This document shows positions 33,791-41,977 of a stretch of 44,829 nucleotides of DNA, in pieces (position 1 is the first letter of the stretch; each line of letters starts with the position of its first letter). The notes beneath the pieces were generated by a model. The model made no database searches and was not told the DNA's origin. It saw only the letters and a list, made by a program, of their open reading frames with translations. Made by a program: the position numbers and the translations under genes. Source of the DNA: Candidatus Omnitrophota bacterium (GTDB lineage Bacteria > Omnitrophota > Gorgyraeia > Zapsychrales > Fredricksoniimonadaceae); the NCBI GenBank assembly GCA_043775535.1, contig JAYVSG010000127.1, forward strand, positions 1-44,829, read 5' to 3'.

Positions 33791-35833
33791 ATGCACGAAT
33801 TGATCTTGGTACAGGACCTGTCTATTGTCATGGCCGTCAGCGCGGCCACGGTCATCCTGTGCCGTTTGTTACATTTGCCTGTTGTCCTGGGCTATATCCT
33901 GGCCGGGTTCATCATCGGTCCGCACACACCGCCGTACTCCCTGATCCATGAAGTGTCGACTATTCACATTTTTTCCACGCTCGGTATTATCTTCCTCATG
34001 TTCTCGATCGGTCTGGAATTCAGCCTGACCAAATTGTCTAAGGTCGGGTTTGTGGCCGTGCTCGCGGCCGTGCTCGAGATCACCCTCATGATCTGGATCG
34101 GTTTCTGCGTTGGAAAATTGTTCGGCTGGTCGTCCATGGACAGCATCTTCCTGGGTGCCATCCTGTCCATTTCCAGTACCACCATTATTGCCAAGATCCT
34201 CATGGAGACCAAGAAGATCGACGAGAAATTCGCCCAGGTGATCCTGGGGATCCTGGTGGTCGAAGATGTGCTGGCGGTGGTCATCATCGCCATCCTCTCC
34301 GGTATCGCCAACACCGGGACCCTAACCCTGCATGAGGTCAGCTGGGCCATGCTCAAGGTCATCATGTTCATCGCCGGACTCCTGGGCGGCGGGCTCCTGA
34401 TCGTCCCGCGCATCCTGGCCTATGCGCAGCGTTTCCATTTGTCCGAGATGATGGTGATGGTGGTCTTGGGGCTGTGCCTGGGCGTTTCCTTCCTGGCGGC
34501 CAAAGCGGGTTTCTCCGTCGCCTTGGGTGCGTTCTTGATCGGCGCCATCATCGCGGAAACAAAGCAATCCCACCAGATCGTCCTTAAGATGGAATCCATC
34601 CGCGATATGTTCACGGCCATCTTCTTCGTTTCCGTCGGCATGTTGATCGACCCTGCACTCCTGCAGCAATATTGGCTGCCGGTCCTCGTCATCACCCTGG
34701 TGACGATCTTAGGTAAGGTCTTCGCCTGCTCGCTCGGCGTGTTCCTCACGGGGAACAATGCCGCGACTTCCCTTAAGGTGGGCTTGGGGCTGGCGCAGAT
34801 CGGGGAATTCTCTTTTATCATCGCGCAGCTGGGACAGAACACCCAGGTGACCAGCTCCTTTCTTTATCCCGTCGCTGTCTGTGTTTGTGCGCTGACCACC
34901 ATTTCAACACCGTTCTTGATGAACCATTCTGATCGCATCACACGCATGCTCAAAGGTTTCGCCCCGGAGCAGGTGCTGGATGTGGCGGGGCTCTACACGC
35001 CGTGGATCGCCAAGATCACCGAGGGCGGCATCAACCAGCGCGGCAAAGCGCTCATCCTGCGGGACCTTGCCAAACAATTGCCCATGCTGGCGTTCTATGT
35101 ATTCGGTGCAGTGGGCGTGTACATGCTGGCATTGAAATTCAAGCCTGTCCTGGCCATGTCCGACGGACCATATTGGCCCATCATGGTCGCCGCCATGCTC
35201 CCGTTCCTGATCGGCTGTGCCTACACCATGGACAAGATCCTCTGGGAAGTGCTGTTCCTCAACCTGGTGGGCCCACGCAATGAGCTGTACCGGTCAAAGA
35301 ACGCAGGGTCGATCGTCCACAATATCCTGCGCTTCCTCGTGGCCCTCTTGACCGGGCTGGTCTTCACCACCATCATTTCGTTCTTCGCACCAACGAGCCA
35401 TCTGGGCGCGGCCATGCTCGTCGTCATCCTCATCTGCGGCGTGCTTCTGTGGCGTTCCGTGAGCAAGGCCCACGAGCATTTTGAAAGTATCTTTTTGAGC
35501 ATCTTTGACCGTGGGGCCAGCGAGGATGAAGGGCAGGCCAAGGTCAACCGTGAACAGTTCGTTGAACTTTTGCGCGGTAACAAGGCATTGGAATTCGAGA
35601 CCCAGGACGTGATGGTGCCGTACCATCCGTGCGCCTTGAACGTAAGCATTGCAGAATTGAATTTGAGGGCGCAGACGGGGGCGAGCATCGTGGCCATTTA
35701 CCGTGATGAAGAGTCCCTAGCTAATCCCGGCCCGCAGACCAACATCCTGCCGGGCGATGTGCTCCTGCTCATCGGCAGCGAAGAACAGCTGAAATCCTCT
35801 GTCCAATATTTACGTGGAAAAATGACTACCTAA
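33791..35833 (+). CDS. Cation:proton antiporter (CPA2/Kef-type) with extra TM segment and C-terminal TrkA-C domain
   Basis: 680 aa with a polytopic Na+/H+-exchanger-like N-terminal ~390 aa. C-terminal LNLRAQTGASIVAIYRDEE...ILPGDVLLLIGSEEQL is TrkA-C-like. Confidence 0.85.
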   Translation: MHELILVQDLSIVMAVSAATVILCRLLHLPVVLGYILAGFIIGPHTPPYSLIHEVSTIHIFSTLGIIFLMFSIGLEFSLTKLSKVGFVAVLAAVLEITLMIWIGFCVGKLFGWSSMDSIFLGAILSISSTTIIAKILMETKKIDEKFAQVILGILVVEDVLAVVIIAILSGIANTGTLTLHEVSWAMLKVIMFIAGLLGGGLLIVPRILAYAQRFHLSEMMVMVVLGLCLGVSFLAAKAGFSVALGAFLIGAIIAETKQSHQIVLKMESIRDMFTAIFFVSVGMLIDPALLQQYWLPVLVITLVTILGKVFACSLGVFLTGNNAATSLKVGLGLAQIGEFSFIIAQLGQNTQVTSSFLYPVAVCVCALTTISTPFLMNHSDRITRMLKGFAPEQVLDVAGLYTPWIAKITEGGINQRGKALILRDLAKQLPMLAFYVFGAVGVYMLALKFKPVLAMSDGPYWPIMVAAMLPFLIGCAYTMDKILWEVLFLNLVGPRNELYRSKNAGSIVHNILRFLVALLTGLVFTTIISFFAPTSHLGAAMLVVILICGVLLWRSVSKAHEHFESIFLSIFDRGASEDEGQAKVNREQFVELLRGNKALEFETQDVMVPYHPCALNVSIAELNLRAQTGASIVAIYRDEESLANPGPQTNILPGDVLLLIGSEEQLKSSVQYLRGKMTT

Positions 35834-37002
35834 TGAAGAAGTATTATCCGTTCCTCGACGGTTTCAGGGCCATTGCCATCCTCATGATCATGGCGCATCA
35901 TGCCCGCCGGGCGTTTGACCTGAACAACCTGCTGGCCAATGACCCGATCATATTAGGCTGGATCTATTTCAAGGCTAACTATGCGCTGGGCTTGGACCTG
36001 ACGGATCTTTATTACGGGCTGCAGCATTTCATCTACATGATCAAGGGCATCCTTGGCATTGAGATGTTCCTGGTTATTAGCGGCTTCTTGATCACCGATA
36101 TTTTATTTGGCGATGGGACGCGCCCGCCTTCCGTCGGCCGTTTTTACCAGCGCCGCCTGTTTCGCATCTATCCGTCATATGTCCTGCTTGTCATCATCAG
36201 CCTTACGGCATTTTATTTTCGGCATCCGGAACCTTGGACGAATATATCCGCCGTGGCCGCACACTATTTACTGCTGATCCAGAATTATTTCCCCCGCAAT
36301 CCGTTCCTGGAACACGCCTGGACCCTGGTCGTGCTGGAGCAGTTTTATTTCTTCTGCCCCCTGGTGGTGATGTGCGTGTACGCACGCGCGTCTTCACCGG
36401 AACAGCGGCGTAAGGCATTGGTCGTGATATGCCTGCTGGTCATGGCCGCAGTGACCTTCCTGCGCTGGTATTTCCTGACCTATGGCCATGCCCTGATCAC
36501 TTGGCCGCTGAAATCCCCGTATCCGTTCAAGACCACCTTGAACCACGCAGATGCCATTGCCTTCGGCTGTTTGTTGGCCTTGCTTAAGCCTTACTGGTCC
36601 AGTGTCAAGCAGGCCAAGGTGTTAGGAATTGCCCTCTGGTCGTCGGGGATGGGTTTGTTCTACTACTTATACTACATCGTGGATTGGAGTTATTATTGGG
36701 GGGAATGGTACCTGTACACGCTGGGTTATCTGGCCATCGGCGCCTTGGTGGTGGCGGCGTTCTACGGGGTTTCGGTATTTACGCGCCTGAAGCTTTTGCA
36801 GTGGATCGGCCGGCATGCCTATGGCATCTTTGTATGGAATTACCTGGTCTTGATCAGCTGCAAGGCCGTGATCGGGAAGGAATACCCGACGCTGCAGGTG
36901 CTGTTCTATTTTATTCTCAGTGTCGCCCTGGGAGTCCTCAGCACAAAGACGCTCGAGCGTTATTTTCTGCGCATCCGCGAGAAGGTCTCCCCTAAGACAT
37001 AG
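35833..37002 (+). CDS. Acyltransferase family 3 membrane protein (O-acyltransferase)
   Basis: 389 aa. N-terminal FLDGFRAIAILMIMAHH and about 10 TM helices. TAATG overlap with the upstream gene. Confidence 0.8.
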   Translation: MKKYYPFLDGFRAIAILMIMAHHARRAFDLNNLLANDPIILGWIYFKANYALGLDLTDLYYGLQHFIYMIKGILGIEMFLVISGFLITDILFGDGTRPPSVGRFYQRRLFRIYPSYVLLVIISLTAFYFRHPEPWTNISAVAAHYLLLIQNYFPRNPFLEHAWTLVVLEQFYFFCPLVVMCVYARASSPEQRRKALVVICLLVMAAVTFLRWYFLTYGHALITWPLKSPYPFKTTLNHADAIAFGCLLALLKPYWSSVKQAKVLGIALWSSGMGLFYYLYYIVDWSYYWGEWYLYTLGYLAIGALVVAAFYGVSVFTRLKLLQWIGRHAYGIFVWNYLVLISCKAVIGKEYPTLQVLFYFILSVALGVLSTKTLERYFLRIREKVSPKT

Positions 37003-37003
37003 T

Positions 37004-37717
37004 TTAGATGAGCAGGGAAATGGCAGCGATGAACATCATGCCGTAGACCACCATGCGAAAATGCTCCGGACGCAGGTGTTTGATGAATAGTTTTCCTGTG
37101 GCAGAACCTGCGATCATGGCCAGGCCCAGCACCATGCCGACCAAGGCGTCGGGTGGAGTGATGAGGCGGTAATGCTGCCAGAACAGGGTCTTACTGCCGT
37201 GGATGACGAGCGACGTGACCGCTTCACTGGCCACATAGGCGGCCGGCGGCAGGTTCAAGCTGAGAAATGCTGCTGCACCGATGGGTCCGGCACTGCCGAA
37301 TAACGATGACAAGAATCCAACGAGGAAGCCGACGGGTAGGAACCATTTGACCGGGATGGCAGGCATTTTCTTCCACAGTTGCAGGGCAAGCATCACCAGG
37401 AGGAAAACCCCGATCATCTTCATGACGATGGCGGCCGGCAGGTCAAGGAAGATCTTGGCCCCGATCAAGGCTCCAGGGATGGCCCCCAGACAGAAATACA
37501 GGACCGGTGTCCAGCGGATGTCCTTGAACCCCAGGGCAGCGCGTGAACCATTGCCCATCATCCAGGCAATGGTCAGGATGGGGATGGCCTGTTTGGCGCC
37601 AACCAAGTGAGAGAAGACAGGCAGGATCAAGAGCGACCCCCCAAAACCCGCGATGCCGGAGATGGTGGAGGCCAGCCAGCTGACGAATATCAATATTGAC
37701 CAGGTGAGAGGTTCCAT
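37004..37717 (-). CDS. TauE/SafE family sulfite/anion exporter
   Basis: 237 aa. Duplicated 4-TM pattern with ISGIAGFGGSLLILPV and LFGSAGPIGAAAF motifs. Confidence 0.8.
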   Translation of the reverse strand: MEPLTWSILIFVSWLASTISGIAGFGGSLLILPVFSHLVGAKQAIPILTIAWMMGNGSRAALGFKDIRWTPVLYFCLGAIPGALIGAKIFLDLPAAIVMKMIGVFLLVMLALQLWKKMPAIPVKWFLPVGFLVGFLSSLFGSAGPIGAAAFLSLNLPPAAYVASEAVTSLVIHGSKTLFWQHYRLITPPDALVGMVLGLAMIAGSATGKLFIKHLRPEHFRMVVYGMMFIAAISLLI

Positions 37718-37737
37718 ATTTGTAGTAGGATAATACC

Positions 37738-38442
37738 ATGCTCAAACAATTGCGCAACAGCTTACAAGAACAAGCAGACCCGGACAAGGCCCGCTTCCTC
37801 AAGACTTTTTTTAAGACCGGCCCCGGCCAATACGGGGAAGGCGATGTGTTCCTGGGGATCACCGTTCCTGCCCAGCGTGCCATTGTCAGGGATTTTGCCG
37901 CATTGCCGCTAGGGGACATCCAGGCCCTGCTCAACAGCTCCCTGCACGAAGAACGCTTAACAGCCTTGATCATACTCGTCGGACAATTCAAGAAGGCCGA
38001 CGAAAAAGGACGGGAGCGTATTTATAGGTTCTATTTAAAAAATGCGGCGCGCGTCAATAATTGGGACCTGGTGGACTCAAGCGCCCATCATATTGTCGGC
38101 GCGCACCTAGAAGGTAAGTCTCACGCCATACTTAAGGAATTGGCGCGTTCACCGATGCTGTGGGAACGGCGCATTGCCATGGTCGCCACCTTTTACCACA
38201 TCCATAAAGGCCGGAGCGAACCGGCCTTAAGCATTGCCCGCATGCTTTTGAAGGACGAGGAAGATCTTATGCATAAGGCTGTGGGCTGGATGCTGCGCGA
38301 GGTAGGCAAACGCGCTTCCCTGGCCGACCTAGAAGCTTTTTTGCGGCGCCACCACCAGGAAATGCCGCGCACCATGCTGAGGTACGCCATCGAGCGTTTT
38401 CCCGAAGCCAAACGCAAGGCCTATCTCAAAGGGCTTGTTTAA
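37738..38442 (+). CDS. DNA alkylation repair protein (AlkD-like HEAT-repeat family)
   Basis: 234 aa. FFKTGPGQYGEGDVFLGITVP, LHEERLTALIIL and the WMLREVGKR pattern. Confidence 0.8.
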   Translation: MLKQLRNSLQEQADPDKARFLKTFFKTGPGQYGEGDVFLGITVPAQRAIVRDFAALPLGDIQALLNSSLHEERLTALIILVGQFKKADEKGRERIYRFYLKNAARVNNWDLVDSSAHHIVGAHLEGKSHAILKELARSPMLWERRIAMVATFYHIHKGRSEPALSIARMLLKDEEDLMHKAVGWMLREVGKRASLADLEAFLRRHHQEMPRTMLRYAIERFPEAKRKAYLKGLV

Positions 38443-38468
38443 AAATACCGCTTATGTATAATAACCAC

Positions 38469-38912
38469 ATGATGAAATTATATGCCGCGCTGCTTTTATC
38501 CGTGCTTGTTTCCGGATGCGCCTTCAACGCCGTCTATGATCCTTTGCAATCCAACAGCACCCAGACCCTGCTTTTGAATGAGAGCGGACTGAGGAATGTC
38601 AAACTCGGCATGACCCCCAAGGAAGTGCACCAGGTGATGGGCGACGAGCTGGTCATCGGCTACGCCTACCAGAACCCCTTGCCCGGCGAAGCGTCCCCGC
38701 TGGCCGATGCCAAGGTCCCGTCCGAAAAACCTTTGACCATCGCCAATCCGTATAAGACCGACACCCGCAAGACCGACCGCGGTGAATGCACGGTCGAATA
38801 TTATGTCACCTCCGTGAAGCATCCTGACGGCAACATCACCGACGATGAATTAATGCCCCTCATTTTCTGCGGCGGCATCTTGACCGATAAGGGTTGGGAC
38901 CGCCTGAAGTGA
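38469..38912 (+). CDS. Small lipoprotein (SmpA/OmlA- or DUF3192-like)
   Basis: Leader MMKLYAALLLSVLVSGC with a lipobox. GMTPKEVHQVMG is a BamE-like turn. TATAAT at 38457-38462 lies just upstream, so a leaderless transcript is possible. The ATG at 38454 listed in the track is also possible. Confidence 0.7.
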   Translation: MMKLYAALLLSVLVSGCAFNAVYDPLQSNSTQTLLLNESGLRNVKLGMTPKEVHQVMGDELVIGYAYQNPLPGEASPLADAKVPSEKPLTIANPYKTDTRKTDRGECTVEYYVTSVKHPDGNITDDELMPLIFCGGILTDKGWDRLK

Positions 38913-39835
38913 AGCCGTTTTACGTTTCCCTGAAACCATTCCTCAACCATTGTTCCCTGCCGCGTCCTGCCAATTGGCCTGCCATTTTTGCCAACGGCCA
39001 TCCTGTTGAGGTGGAGATCGGTTTTGGCAACGGCGAATACCTGGCCCGCATCTGCGAAGAGAACCCGGACGTCAATTATGTGGGTTTTGAGGAATATTGC
39101 GAGCGCATCAGCCGTACTTTACGTAAATTGAGCCGGGCTCGTTCGGAGAATGTCAGGGTCTTTCGCATGGATGTGCGGCCAGGGTTCACCTTCCTGTTCG
39201 CGCCTAAAAGCATCCGCTACATCCATTGCCTTTTCCCGCCCCCGTGGCCCCGGAAATCCGACATCAAGCACCGTTTGTTCACACCCGAATTCCTGCGCCT
39301 GGCCAACAGCCGTTTGACCGACGGCGGGACGCTTAAGATCGTGACTGATTTCAAGCCCTATGCCGAATGGGTCACGGAGCAGGTGCCCGGCACAGGTTTT
39401 ACGCTCACTGAGACGGTGATCCCTGCCAGTTACGGCACCAAGTTCGAACGCAAATGGGCCGACGGCGGGCAGACTGAATTTTATGAGCTCATTTTATCCA
39501 AGAAAGAACACCAGGAACTTTTGCCCAAAGAGGAGGCGGCTTTGAACCATTACGATATCCAAGATTTTAACCCCGAGGTCTTTCGCATGGAAGATTTCTC
39601 GGATGGCCACGTTGCGGTCGCCTTCAAGGACTTTCTGTATGACCCTAAACGCCAAACCGCACTGATCTATTGCCTGGTGCATGACGAGAACTTGGTGCAG
39701 AATGTGCGCATTGTCGTGTCCAAGCGCAGGGAAGGGTGGCGGGTCAACCTGGCCCAGGGTTCCATGCTCATGCCCACCTCTGCCGTGGCCAAGGCCCTGG
39801 AATGCGTAAGGGACGCCGCGTTGCGGAATACCTAG
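38909..39835 (+). CDS. trmB: tRNA (guanine-N7)-methyltransferase with a ~110-aa C-terminal extension
   Basis: VEVEIGFGNGEYL SAM motif, FPPPWPRK, and LKIVTDFKPYAEW. The start is ambiguous: GTG at 38909 (GTGA overlap with the upstream stop) or TTG at 38894. Confidence 0.8.
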   Translation: MKPFYVSLKPFLNHCSLPRPANWPAIFANGHPVEVEIGFGNGEYLARICEENPDVNYVGFEEYCERISRTLRKLSRARSENVRVFRMDVRPGFTFLFAPKSIRYIHCLFPPPWPRKSDIKHRLFTPEFLRLANSRLTDGGTLKIVTDFKPYAEWVTEQVPGTGFTLTETVIPASYGTKFERKWADGGQTEFYELILSKKEHQELLPKEEAALNHYDIQDFNPEVFRMEDFSDGHVAVAFKDFLYDPKRQTALIYCLVHDENLVQNVRIVVSKRREGWRVNLAQGSMLMPTSAVAKALECVRDAALRNT

Positions 39836-39846
39836 AAAATTAGGGA

Positions 39847-39871
39847 AAATAGGGGACAGAGCCCTATTTTT
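39847..39871 (+). terminator. Intrinsic terminator, copy 3 of the AGGGGAC element
   Basis: AAAATAGGGGACAGAGCCCTATTTTT lies 12 nt after the trmB stop. Confidence 0.65.
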
Positions 39872-39879
39872 AATTTAGG

Positions 39880-40713
39880 ATGTCCAGTATGTTCCGCCGT
39901 GTGCTTGCCGTTATTTTGATCCTGACCCTTCTGGTCCCTGCCGAGGCTTTTGCTGCCAAGAAGAAAAGACGTGTCCGCACCGCCTACCCGACGGCCGTTT
40001 CAGCCATCGTGCTTGATGGTGTTTCCAATCAGATCCTTTTTGCCAAGAACATCGACCGGCGCATATTTCCGGCCAGCACAACCAAGGTCATGACCGTGCT
40101 CTTGGCCCTTGAGCGGCTGCCGTTGGACCAATATGTGACGGTGGGTCAAGCCCCCACCTGGGTGCAGCCTACAAAGCTGGACTTAAGGCCGGGAGAGCAA
40201 TATACGGTGAGGGACTTGATCTACGCGGCCCTGCTTAAATCCGCCAATGACGCGGCGGTTGTGCTCGCCGAGGCCATGGGAGGTTCCCAAGGCCAATTTG
40301 TGGGCATGATGAACGCCCGGGCCCGCAAGGCAGGGGCAATGAATACACAATTTGCCAATGCGCATGGGCTTCCGTCCCAGGGCGCCCAGTACAGTACGGC
40401 TAGGGACATGGCCCTTATCTATAAGGAAGCGCTCAAGAACAGTTTTTTCCGTGAAGCCATCACCTTGAAGTACCGTGTCATCTATTCCAAAGGCGGACGT
40501 CGGCATTTCTTGAAATCGCACAACAAAGCTTTGTTTGCCGGGTGGAAGAGGAATGTTTACGGCAAGACAGGCTATACGCGCCAGGCCCAGTCCTGTTTTG
40601 TGGGGGGGTATACCAAGGGCAGTGGCACGCAGGTCGTTGCGGTGTTCGGGTGTCGTAAACGCTGGCAGGACATCAAGTTCCTGATCGAACGCTATGGCGG
40701 CACAGATCTGTAG
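39880..40713 (+). CDS. D-alanyl-D-alanine carboxypeptidase (S11, low-MW PBP)
   Basis: 277 aa with a signal peptide. SxxK (ASTTKVMT), SxN (KSANDAA) and KTG (GKTGYT) motifs. Confidence 0.85.
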   Translation: MSSMFRRVLAVILILTLLVPAEAFAAKKKRRVRTAYPTAVSAIVLDGVSNQILFAKNIDRRIFPASTTKVMTVLLALERLPLDQYVTVGQAPTWVQPTKLDLRPGEQYTVRDLIYAALLKSANDAAVVLAEAMGGSQGQFVGMMNARARKAGAMNTQFANAHGLPSQGAQYSTARDMALIYKEALKNSFFREAITLKYRVIYSKGGRRHFLKSHNKALFAGWKRNVYGKTGYTRQAQSCFVGGYTKGSGTQVVAVFGCRKRWQDIKFLIERYGGTDL

Positions 40714-40773
40714 AATTGCTTGTTATCTAAAAATTTTTAAGGTAGACTTGATTTATAATCTTAGGAGGAACAT

Positions 40774-41586
40774 ATGAAAAATAATGTCATAGTCATTTTA
40801 TTGGTGGTGTTGATCGGTGTATTGTCCGGCGTCGGCCTTTTGTTCGGCATCGGCAATGCGGTCCAGGTCGCGACCTATCCCCTGGTCGAGAAATTAAGCG
40901 AAGTTGCGGCAGGACAGAAATCCATCGAGACCAAGCTCAATGTTCTGGACGCCAAGTTGACCTCGCTCAATGCCCAGGTCAGCAGCCGTTTGGCCGCTAA
41001 TGGTGGGGCCCAGCCGCAACAGCCCCAGCGTCCGCAGCCTCCGGCGGAAGATTACAATAAGGTCTATCCCATCCCTGTCGGTAATTCCATCATCGTCGGC
41101 AAGAAGGACGCGCCGGTCACCATCCAGGAATTCACCGACCTGCAATGTCCGTTCTGCGCCCGTTTCCATCCGGTGATCAATGAGGCCCTGAAGGCCTATC
41201 CGGACAAGGTGAACCTGCTCATCAAGAATTTCCCTCTGCCGTTCCATCCGAATGCCAAGCCTGCCGCCAAACTCACGCTGGCTGCTGCTGAACAGGGCAA
41301 GTATTATGAAATGGTGGAGATCCTGCTTGAGAACGGCGCGGATGTTACCGAAGCCAAGGTTAAGGAATATGCCCAGAAACTGGGTCTAAACTACGATAAG
41401 CTATTGGCTGCAGGCAAGGCCAATGATGCCAAGTATGAACAGCAGATCGCTGATGATATGGCGCTGGCCAATCAGGTGGAAGTGCGCGGTACACCGACCT
41501 TCTTCATTAATGGCAAGAAGACCATGGCCCGCGATCTGGCCGGTTTTAAGGCCGAGATCGATAAGATCCTGGCGGCTAAAAAATAG
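40774..41586 (+). CDS. DsbA-family thiol:disulfide oxidoreductase with N-terminal TM anchor, coiled segment and Pro/Gln linker
   Basis: 270 aa. CPFC active site and a C-terminal VRGTPTFFING (cis-Pro loop). AGGAGG RBS. Confidence 0.85.
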   Translation: MKNNVIVILLVVLIGVLSGVGLLFGIGNAVQVATYPLVEKLSEVAAGQKSIETKLNVLDAKLTSLNAQVSSRLAANGGAQPQQPQRPQPPAEDYNKVYPIPVGNSIIVGKKDAPVTIQEFTDLQCPFCARFHPVINEALKAYPDKVNLLIKNFPLPFHPNAKPAAKLTLAAAEQGKYYEMVEILLENGADVTEAKVKEYAQKLGLNYDKLLAAGKANDAKYEQQIADDMALANQVEVRGTPTFFINGKKTMARDLAGFKAEIDKILAAKK

Positions 41587-41664
41587 TTGCAAAAAGCCTG
41601 ATTTGCTGTATATTAGGCCTTTCTTGCAGCTAGCCAAATTAGACTTAATTTCAAGGAGTTTCAT

Positions 41665-41919
41665 ATGGGCGGTCGTGTAGGCGGAACACAAAGTAAGTAT
41701 TATATCGAAACAGCCGGGATGAAGGTGTCCGGCGGCCAGCAGGTGAAAGCGGGCGCGTGCTTGACCCGTAACGGCGACAAGTGGCAAGCTGGTTTGAATG
41801 TCATCGGCCGCAGCTCTTTGACCGCTCAGGTCGAGGGCGAAGTGTACTTTACCCGTAAGAAGAACAGCTATAAAAGAGTCATCACGCTCATCAATATCAA
41901 ACCGAACGCAGCCAAATAA
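41665..41919 (+). CDS. rpmA: Ribosomal protein L27 family protein, divergent N-terminus
   Basis: 84 aa. The core GMKVSGGQQVKAGACLTRNGDKWQAGLNVIGRSSLTAQVEGEVYF parallels L27 LGVK.FGG..V.AG.II.RQRGTK...G.NVG.G.D.TLFA..G.V.F. AAGGAG RBS. A possible promoter is TTGCAA-N16-TATATT at 41587-41614. Confidence 0.6.
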   Translation: MGGRVGGTQSKYYIETAGMKVSGGQQVKAGACLTRNGDKWQAGLNVIGRSSLTAQVEGEVYFTRKKNSYKRVITLINIKPNAAK

Positions 41920-41920
41920 C

Positions 41921-41966
41921 AAATAGGGGACGGAGCCCCATTTAAATAGGGCTCCGTCCCCTATTT
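41921..41966 (+). terminator. Long palindromic terminator, extended copy 4 of the AGGGGAC element
   Basis: AAATAGGGGACGGAGCCC-CATTTAAATA-GGGCTCCGTCCCCTATTT with 18-bp perfect arms. It sits between the L27-like stop and the glmS start. Confidence 0.7.
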
Positions 41967-41977
41967 CTTTCCCATCT

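Noticed and set aside
33307-33855. N-terminal 183 codons of the listed 358-aa ORF upstream of sixA
   Set aside because: SixA starts cleanly at MELYFLRHA (33306). The upstream read-through has no motif support and overlaps the + strand secreted-protein gene and the start of the antiporter gene.
37443-37991. 182-aa minus-strand ORF
   Set aside because: It overlaps the TauE gene out of frame and the AlkD-like gene antisense. No motif support.
41920-41977. glmS ribozyme/riboswitch upstream of glmS
   Set aside because: The 58-nt gap is far too short for the ribozyme and is fully occupied by the palindromic terminator element.
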